Source of the DNA: Spirochaetia bacterium | Lineage (GTDB): Bacteria; Spirochaetota; Spirochaetia; SZUA-6; Bin103 | Reading direction: 5' to 3' | NCBI GenBank assembly: GCA_965203055.1 | Contig: OZ241863.1 | Location: 384,001-448,000, forward strand | Length of the DNA stretch: 64,000 nucleotides | Notes under the pieces: model-generated | The model's database searches: none | What the model saw: only the letters and a program-made list of their open reading frames with translations | What the model was told of the DNA's origin: nothing | Shown: positions 18,727-26,293 of the stretch, piece after piece | Layout of the letters: each line of letters begins with the position of its first letter | Position numbering within the stretch: the first letter of the stretch is position 1 | Program-made: the position numbers and the translations under genes

Positions 18727-21700
18727 CGGGTTGCGCGCGGCGGTGCGCGCCGCGCTTGCCGGGTTCGCCGACGCCGGCCGGCCGCTGCACGAAGCCGCCG
18801 GCGCCCTGCTCGGAGCGCTCGGCTACGACAGCGAGCGGACCGGGGAGGGTGACGGCGCCGCCGCCGGGTTCGTCGCCGAGTTGGCGGCAGCGCGGGAGCT
18901 GTCCGACCGGGAGCGCGCGCTGCTGGCCGATTGGCGGGCCGCGCGGATCGTGTTCCAGCTCACCCGGGAAGAGATCGCCGGCCAGACCGGGCTGTTCGAC
19001 CGGTTCGATGCGGAGCGCATCGAGTCGTTTCTGTTCATCGCGGTCGAGCTGGCGGCGCCGGGCGCCGACCGGCGCTACCCCCGCACGCGGCTGGCCGACA
19101 TGACGCGCGCCGTCAACCGGCGCTACCCGATGCCGGCCATCCTCCTGTTCCGGCACGGCGCGACCGTCACCCTGGCGGCGGTCGGGCGCCGCGCCCACCG
19201 GCGCGACGCCGACCGGGACGTGCTGCAGCAGGTGACGCTGATCAAGGACATCCGCGTCTCCCATCCGCACCGCGCGCACCTCGACCTGCTGGCCGAACTC
19301 GCCCTGCCGGCGCTGCGGGAGCGCCGGGGCGTGCGGAGCTTCGACCGGTTGCATCGGGAATGGGAGCGGGTGCTCGACGCCGAGGCGCTGAACCGGCGCT
19401 TCTACCGCGAGCTGTTCGCGTGGTTCGAGCGGGCGGTCGCCGCCTGCTGCTTCCCGGACGACGGCGCCGGTCCCGGCAATGCCGAGCGCCACGTGATCCG
19501 GCTGATCACCCGGCTGCTGTTCATCTGGTTCCTGAAGGAGAAGGGGCTGGTCCCGGAGGCGCTGTTCACCGAGCAGTTCGCCGCCGCCGCGCTCCGCAAC
19601 CACGCGCCCGAACGCACCGACTACTACCGAGCGGTGCTGCAGAACCTGTTCTTCGCCACCCTCAACACCGAGCTCGGCAAGCGCGCGTTCAGCGGCCGCG
19701 ACCGCGACAGCCACCGCGACTTCAGCAAGTACCGCTACCGCGCTCTGCTGCGCGACCCCGACGCCTTCCTGCGCCTGCTCCGACAGGTCCCGTTCGTCAA
19801 CGGCGGCCTGTTCGACTGCCTGGATGACTACGAGGCGCGCGGCGCCGGCGGCCGCCGCATCGACGCCTTCACCGACAACGTCGCCGCGCAGGGCCGCGAT
19901 CTGGCGGTGCCGGCGCGGCTGTTCTTCGCCGCCGAAGCGGGGCTGTTTCCGCTGTTCGGGCGCTACAAGTTCACGGTCGAGGAGAACACGCCGCTCGATC
20001 AGGAGGTGGCGCTCGACCCGGAGTTGCTGGGGCGGGTGTTCGAGCATCTGCTGGCCGCCTACAACCCGGAGACGCGCGACACCGCCCGCAAGGTGACCGG
20101 CTCCTACTACACGCCGCGCCGCGTCGTCGACTACATGGTCGACGAGTCGCTGGCGGCGGCGCTGGCCGCGCGCGCCGAGCCGGCCGACCGGGACGCGGGC
20201 TTCTGGCGCGAGCGGCTGCGCTATCTGCTCGACTACGCGGACGCCGCCGCCGATGCCGGCGAGTTGTTCGAGTCGGACGAGCAGCGCGAGATCGTGCGCG
20301 CGATAGCCGGACTGCGGGTGTTGGACCTGCGGTCGGTTCCGGCGCCTTCCCGATGGGGGTGCTGCACAAGCTGACGCTGGCGCTGCGGCGGCTCGATCCC
20401 GACAATCGGCACTGGGAGGAGTACCAGCGGGAGCGCGCCAAGGACCGGGCGGGAGCGGCGTTCGACGACGTGGACGACGAGCAGGCGCGCCGCCGGGAGC
20501 TGGCGGAGATCAGCCGCACGTTCGAGACCTACCGCCGGTCGGACTTCGGGCGCAAGCTCTATCTGATCCAGAACGGCATCTTCGGCGTCGACGTGCAGCC
20601 GGTGGCGTGCCAGATCGCCAAGCTGCGCTTCTTCATCTCGCTGGTCGTCGAGCAGCGGACCACCGACGACCCGCGCGACAACTACGGCATCCGCCCGCTG
20701 CCCAACCTGGAGAGCCGCTTCGTGGCCGCCGACACGCTGCTCGGTCTGGAGGCCGGCGACGGCAGCGACAACCTGCTCATGGGGCAGGAGGTGATCCGCC
20801 CGATCGAAGCCCATCTGCGCCGGGTGCGGGAAGGGTACTTCAACGCGCGGACGCGGCAGGAGAAGCTCAGCTTGCGCGCCAAGGACGACGAGTTGCGCGC
20901 GGCGCTGGCGCGCGAGCTCGAGGACCTGGGCTATCCGCACGAGGCGGCCGCGGCGGTCGCCCGCTGGGACCCGTACCACCAGAACGCGAGCGCCGCCTGG
21001 TTCGATCCGGAGTGGATGTTCGGCATCGCCGACGGGTTCGACGTGGTGATCGGCAATCCGCCCTACGTGCGGGGCGAGAAGATTCCGGCCAAGGCGCGCC
21101 TGCGCGCCGCCTACGGCGACTTCTACCGGGGCACGGCCGACCTCTACACCTACTTCTTCCGCAGGGGCATCGACCTGCTGCGGGCCGGCGGCCTGCTCTG
21201 CTTCATCACCTCCAACAAGTTCATGCGCGCCGACTACGGGCGGCCGCTGCGCCAGTTCCTGACGGGGGCTGCCGCGCCGCGCCTGCTGCTCGACCTGGGC
21301 CGCACCGGCACCTTCGACGCCACCGTGCGCCCGTGCGTGCTGCTGGCCGGCGCTGCGGCGGCCGACCGCGGGGCGGTGCGCGCGGCCACCGTGCGCGGGC
21401 CGGCGGGCGCACCGGACCCGGCGGCGTTCATCGAGCGGCACGGCTTCGACATGGACGTAGCGGACTTGGCGGACGCCGGCTGGTCCCTGGCGCCGCCGGA
21501 CTGGCAGCGCCTGCGCGCCAGGATCGAGGCCGCCGGCCGGCCGCTCGGCGAGTACGTGAGCGTAAACGGCGGCGGCATCTACTACGGCATCAAGACCGGC
21601 CTGAACGACGCCTTCGTGATCGACGCGGAGACCCGCGACCGCTTGATCGCCGACGATCCGAACAGCGCCGATCTGATCCGCCCATGGCTGCGCGGCAAGG

Positions 21701-22362
21701 ACGTGCGCCGCTGGCGGGCGGACTGGGCGGACCGATATGCCATCGCCATCGCGAGCAGCGCCAATATCGAATGGCCCTGGTCCGCTGCGCGACGCGAAGC
21801 CGACGCGCGCGCCATCTTCAAGCGGACGTACCGCGCCGTGCACGATCACTTGACGCCGTTTGCCACCCGACTCCGACGCCGGCAGGACAAAGGCACGTTC
21901 TTCTGGGAACTACGTTCGTGCGCCTACTACCGCGCCTTCGACCAGCCCAAGATCGTCTACCCGGTGATCGGACGGGAACTGAGGGCGCTGCTCGACCGGG
22001 AAGGTCGTCTGGCGAACGACAAGTGCTTCCTGATTCCCGGCGGCGACTGCTACCTGCTGGCGTTGCTGAACTCGAAGCTGCTCGACTTCTACTTTCGCCT
22101 TGCCATGCCCTGCCTCGACGATCCATTCAGCGGCGGCGACATGGAGTTCCGTGCCGTCTTCATGGAGCACGCCCCCATCGCGCCCGCCGCCGAGCCGACC
22201 AGGCAACGCCTCGCCGCCCTCGCCGAGCAGATCCAAACCGCCAAGCAGGCCGACCCCGCCGCCGACGTCAACGCCCTCCAACGGCGCCTCGACCAGACCG
22301 TCTACGACCTCTACGGCTTCACCGCCCCAGACATCGCCATCCTCGACGCCGCCCTGCCCTGA
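18719..22362 (+). CDS. Eco57I/Type IIG-like N6-adenine DNA methyltransferase with TaqI-like TRD (about 1214 aa), one-base frameshift at about 20326
   Basis: PFVNGGLF, LLGRVFEHLL, GSYYTP, motif I LD(P)AVGSGAF split across frames, FDVVIGNPPY, ITSNKF, GIKTG.NDAF, LLALLNSKL. Confidence 0.88.
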
Positions 22363-22387
22363 ATGAACACACGTCGCGTGTTCGTTC
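22361..22387. terminator. Hairpin between convergent MTase and protease genes
   Basis: GAATGAACAC-N7-GTGTTCGTTC stem (one G-U pair); no clear U-tract. Confidence 0.4.
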
Positions 22388-22406
22388 GCCGGCTCCGGGT
22401 CGGTAC

Positions 22407-23264
22407 TTACGCAGGGTTGCGCGGGACGACGACCGATGCCCGTCGGCCTTCGTACACGCGGGCCGCGTTCAGCACGTAGTACTTGGCCCAAAGGCGCCAG
22501 ATCGCTCGCCACTGACAGTCAGCCGGGTCGGCCTCCAAAACCGGAAGACCGAACCCTATCGCGTCCCGGGGGGAAATGATCGCACTGTGGCTCGGCGTGT
22601 CCTCGATCAACGGCGGGCGTAGCTTCTCTGCAAGTTCCGCCACCTTGCTGTCAGTGCGACCTGATGCACAGGCCAATGCCTCCCGCAACTGACCGTCGGC
22701 GCGGGCAAACGCATCCCGTGCCTGTTGCACCATCAGAGCGTTGATGTCACTGAACAGCGACGCGTGCAGTGCATACGTCGCCGGGTTTTTCTGAATCCTG
22801 CACTCGGCTTCGTCGACCGCGGCGATGATCGCCCTCGCTGCCGACCACTGTCCGTTGGGAAGCCGAAGCTGCGGGTCCACGGGACCCAGATCGCTCGTCG
22901 GTCCAAGGTAGATATGGTCTGCCCCGAGCACGAAGAGAGTGCCGGCGCTCTTTGCCCGGTCCGGAACGATCACCGTCAACTCAGCGCAGCGAGACTGCGC
23001 TTGCTTTACCAGCCGCAACGCCGTTTCGCCATCACCGCCGGGCGTCGCCAGCATCACATGAAGGTCTTCCTTGGGATCAGCGTCGTATAGCGTCTCTTCA
23101 AACGGAGTGATGCTGCTCGGTAACAACAAGTCGATCAAGACCACGAGGCGGCATTCATACTCTTTCTCGTATGCCTGGATCAGGTTCTGCCGTTCGTACC
23201 AAGCCGCATGCTGCGCCTCGTACAGCGGGCTGCGACCGGACCGGGAGGACTGATCGGTGCTCAA
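22407..23264 (-). CDS. SDH-family ClpP/SppA-fold serine protease
   Basis: LATPGG, AKSAGT (nucleophile Ser), LGPVDPQ, PSHSAII. The TTG start overlaps the upstream stop (TTGA). Confidence 0.8.
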   Translation of the reverse strand: MSTDQSSRSGRSPLYEAQHAAWYERQNLIQAYEKEYECRLVVLIDLLLPSSITPFEETLYDADPKEDLHVMLATPGGDGETALRLVKQAQSRCAELTVIVPDRAKSAGTLFVLGADHIYLGPTSDLGPVDPQLRLPNGQWSAARAIIAAVDEAECRIQKNPATYALHASLFSDINALMVQQARDAFARADGQLREALACASGRTDSKVAELAEKLRPPLIEDTPSHSAIISPRDAIGFGLPVLEADPADCQWRAIWRLWAKYYVLNAARVYEGRRASVVVPRNPA

Positions 23265-23497
23265 ACCAGAGGCCGGGGATCGTCGATCGAAAAGACTATG
23301 GGCTTGCCCTGCCGCGCCTTGCGGCCTTCTTCCCGTGCATTCCGGGCGCGTTCGATCCGTTCCTGCCAGTCGGGATCATACCACTTCGGACGCCCCGCGG
23401 CCGGAACAGCGCCCTCGGTCCGGGTGTCGAGATCGGACGAGCCTACCGGCTCCCGGCTCCTGTCGTGGCCTGGTACCGTGCCGTCAATCTGTGCCAT
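23261..23497 (-). CDS. Small 78-aa hypothetical protein translationally coupled to the protease
   Basis: ATG 5 nt after TACGTT; stop overlaps the protease start; charged helix WQERIERARNAREEGRKARQGKP. Confidence 0.6.
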   Translation of the reverse strand: MAQIDGTVPGHDRSREPVGSSDLDTRTEGAVPAAGRPKWYDPDWQERIERARNAREEGRKARQGKPIVFSIDDPRPLV

Positions 23498-23661
23498 GCC
23501 CTAACGTAGCGCATACGCGCGGACATGGCAATCGTAGCGCCGTCGCCGTCCCGCGCTTGATCTTGCCCACGGCGACCCGTGACAGATCCGGTCCTTTCGC
23601 GGACGAGCTCCGCCGGCGTGAGCTCGCGGTTCAGCCGGGGACGTTACGGCAAATGCCGGTT

Positions 23662-24305
23662 TCAGCCATGCGTACGCTGCCGGGCGGATACGGCGTCACG
23701 GTTGCGTACCTGCATCGTCTCCTCGCCCATCGACACCGCATAGATGCCGTTCCGCGTCAGATAGGCGATCACGTCGTCAGGCAGGCGCAGCGACGAGAAT
23801 ACCGCCACCAACGGCAGCTCCCGGTACTCCGGAAAGTAGAGCCCGAACTGCCCGCTCTTCAGAAACTCGACGAATTTTTCGCGTACTCGCTCAGCGCGGT
23901 CGACTTGGTCTCATTGAGCAGCACCGCCTGCGTCCCCACGTAGAGCGCGTCGAACTCCCGCCGGCAGTGCGGATCGTCGCTGCGAACGCGGGACATGGTG
24001 ACGCTGAAGGTGCGTTCGTCGCCGCAGCCCAGTTCGTCGCGCGCGATACGCCGCAGGCTGGGGGCCACGATGTCCTGCACGACGGTGCCCATCTTGTTGG
24101 CCAGCTCGCCCCAGCGCCGATTCATTTCCTTCCGATCTCGGGCCGCCTCCGCGCGGGCTCGGGCTCCCTCCGCCTTCAGCTCCTCGATGGCGTGCTCGAT
24201 GCTGCGCAGGGAAGCCGCGTTCTGCTCCATGAACCGTTCGAACAACAGCTCCAGGCGATCGGTCCTGTCCTCCAGCACCGCCGTCCGCTCTTCGAGAGTA
24301 CTCAC
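23662..24305 (-). CDS. Coiled-coil plus PD-(D/E)XK nuclease-like protein, frameshifted in an A5 run at 23875-23879
   Basis: Heptad N-terminus, WGELANKMGT, EFDAL...NETKS. Adding one A continues KKFVEFLKSG..YFPEY..GIYA..MG to TGA at 23662 (214 aa). Confidence 0.7.
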
Positions 24306-24755
24306 CGTATGACCACCTGTTCGGTACAGAATACGTCCCTACGCGGTAGGCGGCAACCAGCGCGCGGGCGGTCGTAGGGCGTTCGTCCAGCCCTGAGTTC
24401 CAGAGTATAATGGCTGGCAAGTAACGTTCAGTCATATAATTACTCAAATTGAATGGTGCCCGTGCGTGGCTACATCCGCGGCGTCACTCCCAGCAACTCG
24501 AAGCAGCGCTGCTGCAACTATACTGGTGGTGGCGACGTCAACTATTTTTTCTGTGTACTTTTATCAACATGCCCCCGGCGGTCGATGCCACGCCTCCGAG
24601 CACGAACGCCCCACCGAGGCCGAGCGGCCGAGCTGGAGGCGCATCGCCTACGCCACACCCGACGACGCTACCTTGGCGGCGGCGCTCCGCCGGCTCACGG
24701 AGGGCCTCCGTCAGATCGCCGCGTCCGGTTAGCTCACCTCTTTTGAATACGCCGC

Positions 24756-24788
24756 TATGTTGACAAAAAGTAAACATACTGGTACATT
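24756..24788 (+). promoter_or_regulatory. Sigma70 promoter of abiE with overlapping inverted-repeat operator
   Basis: TTGACA (24760), 17 nt, TACATT (24783) with an upstream TG; IR TATGTTGAC-N5-GTAAACATA at 24756-24778. Confidence 0.75.
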
Positions 24789-24797
24789 TATACGGAG

Positions 24798-25427
24798 ATG
24801 CGGGTCGAGTTTCCGGTTACCCATCCGTTCGATTACCAGCTCGCCATGGACCGGCTGGCGGGCTACCGCGCGCCCCGCAACAAGCTGCGCAGTCTGTGCC
24901 TGAGCGGTGACTTGGTACGGGTCCGAAAGGGCCTGTACGTGGCGGCCGCGTTTCCCGGCCGGCCGCCGGCGGTGGAGCCGCTGGCGCTGGCGCCCCTGAT
25001 CTATGGGCCGTCCTACGTCTCGCTGGAAACGGCGCTGGCCTGGCATGGGCTGATTCCCGAACGAGTCGAGGAAGTGACCAGCGTCACCTGCAAGCGCGCG
25101 AAGCTGTTCCTGACCCCGGTCGGACGGTTCAGCTACCGCCCCGTCAACGAGACCGCCTACGGCTACGGCGTCGGGCTGCAGTCCGCCGCCGGCGGCGCGT
25201 TCTTTCTGGCCGCGCCGGAGAAGGCGCTGTGCGACCGAATCGCCGGCGTCCGCGGCCTGCGCGCGCAGCGGGACGTCCTCGGGCTGCTGGCGGATGACCT
25301 GCGCGTCGACATGGACGCGGTAGTGCGCATGCGGCTGCCGCTGGTACGCGAAATCGCGTTGCGCTATCGGCGGCGGAACGTCACCTCGTTCCTGCGCTGG
25401 CTCGAACACGTCACGAGAGAGGCCTGA
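24798..25427 (+). CDS. abiEi: AbiEi-type antitoxin (type IV TA)
   Basis: wHTH RVRKGLY, PSYVSLETALAWHGLIPE, APEKALCD. Confidence 0.85.
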   Translation: MRVEFPVTHPFDYQLAMDRLAGYRAPRNKLRSLCLSGDLVRVRKGLYVAAAFPGRPPAVEPLALAPLIYGPSYVSLETALAWHGLIPERVEEVTSVTCKRAKLFLTPVGRFSYRPVNETAYGYGVGLQSAAGGAFFLAAPEKALCDRIAGVRGLRAQRDVLGLLADDLRVDMDAVVRMRLPLVREIALRYRRRNVTSFLRWLEHVTREA

Positions 25428-26293
25428 TGGATCTTGCGCTCCGGGGGATGCTCGACCGCTACCGCCCGCGCACCCTGGCCGACCACCAAAACGCGCTGAC
25501 GGAGATCGTCCAGGAGCTGGCGTTGTTGGGGCTGTGGCGGGCGAAGTTCTTCGAACACGCCGCGTTCTATGGCGGCACCGCCTTGCGCATCTTCCACTCC
25601 CTGCCGCGCCGTTCCGAAGCCCTCGACTTTTCTCTGCTGCGATCTGACCGGGTATTCGTCCTGGAGCCGTACCTGGAAGCGGTCCGCACGGAGTTGGCGG
25701 CATTCGGGTTCAGCTTTCGCGTCGAGCGGAGGACCAAGCGGCTGAGCACGGCGATCGAGTCCGCCTTCATCAAGGGCGGCACCCGGATCAACCTCGCCTA
25801 TATCGGCGCTCCCGATTACCTGCACCAGCGCCTTCCGGAGCTGCAACAGGTGAAGATCAGAATCGAAGTCGATACCGATCCGCCGCCCCTGGCCGAGTAC
25901 GAAGTGCGAACCCGGCTCACGCCGATACCGTTCCAGGTACGGCTGTTCGATCTGCCCTGCCTGTTCGCCGGCAAGCTGCACGCGCTCCTGTGCCGCAACT
26001 GGAAGAGCCGCGTAAAGGGCCGCGACTTCTACGACTTCATCTGGTATCTGGGGCGGCAGGTCCCCTGCAACGTCCGCCATCTGCAGGCGCGCATGACGCA
26101 AACCGGACACCTGCGGCCCGGCGATCACCTGGACGGAGCGCAACTCCGCCGACTTCTGCAGCAACGGTTCGAGCAAGTGGATTTCGAGCAGGCGCGCCGC
26201 GACGTGCGGCCCTTCGTCGGCGACCCGGCGGAGCTGGCGATGTGGGATGCGGAGTTCTTTCGCTCCCTGGCGGACGGAGTCCGGGAACGCTAG
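25427..26293 (+). CDS. abiEii: AbiEii/AbiGii nucleotidyltransferase toxin (SEDLD changed to SEALD)
   Basis: FYGGTALR, RRSEALDF, KIRIEVD, GKLHALL.R, KGRDFYD. Confidence 0.88.
   Translation: MDLALRGMLDRYRPRTLADHQNALTEIVQELALLGLWRAKFFEHAAFYGGTALRIFHSLPRRSEALDFSLLRSDRVFVLEPYLEAVRTELAAFGFSFRVERRTKRLSTAIESAFIKGGTRINLAYIGAPDYLHQRLPELQQVKIRIEVDTDPPPLAEYEVRTRLTPIPFQVRLFDLPCLFAGKLHALLCRNWKSRVKGRDFYDFIWYLGRQVPCNVRHLQARMTQTGHLRPGDHLDGAQLRRLLQQRFEQVDFEQARRDVRPFVGDPAELAMWDAEFFRSLADGVRER

Noticed and set aside
18360..20330. Frameshifts caused by methylation-related miscalls at GGWCC sites
   Set aside because: Only two sites, and the missing base at 18364 could equally be T (Tyr), so the motif link is unsupported.
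15320..22362. Complete DISARM or BREX system
   Set aside because: No DrmA/DrmB, PglZ, BrxC or BrxL genes in the window.
23520..23660. Structured ncRNA between the PD-(D/E)XK gene and the small ORF
   Set aside because: Only short GC-rich hairpins expected by chance; no recognisable family motif.
11017..26293. Prophage or ICE
   Set aside because: No integrase, structural, relaxase or conjugation genes, and no att repeats were seen.
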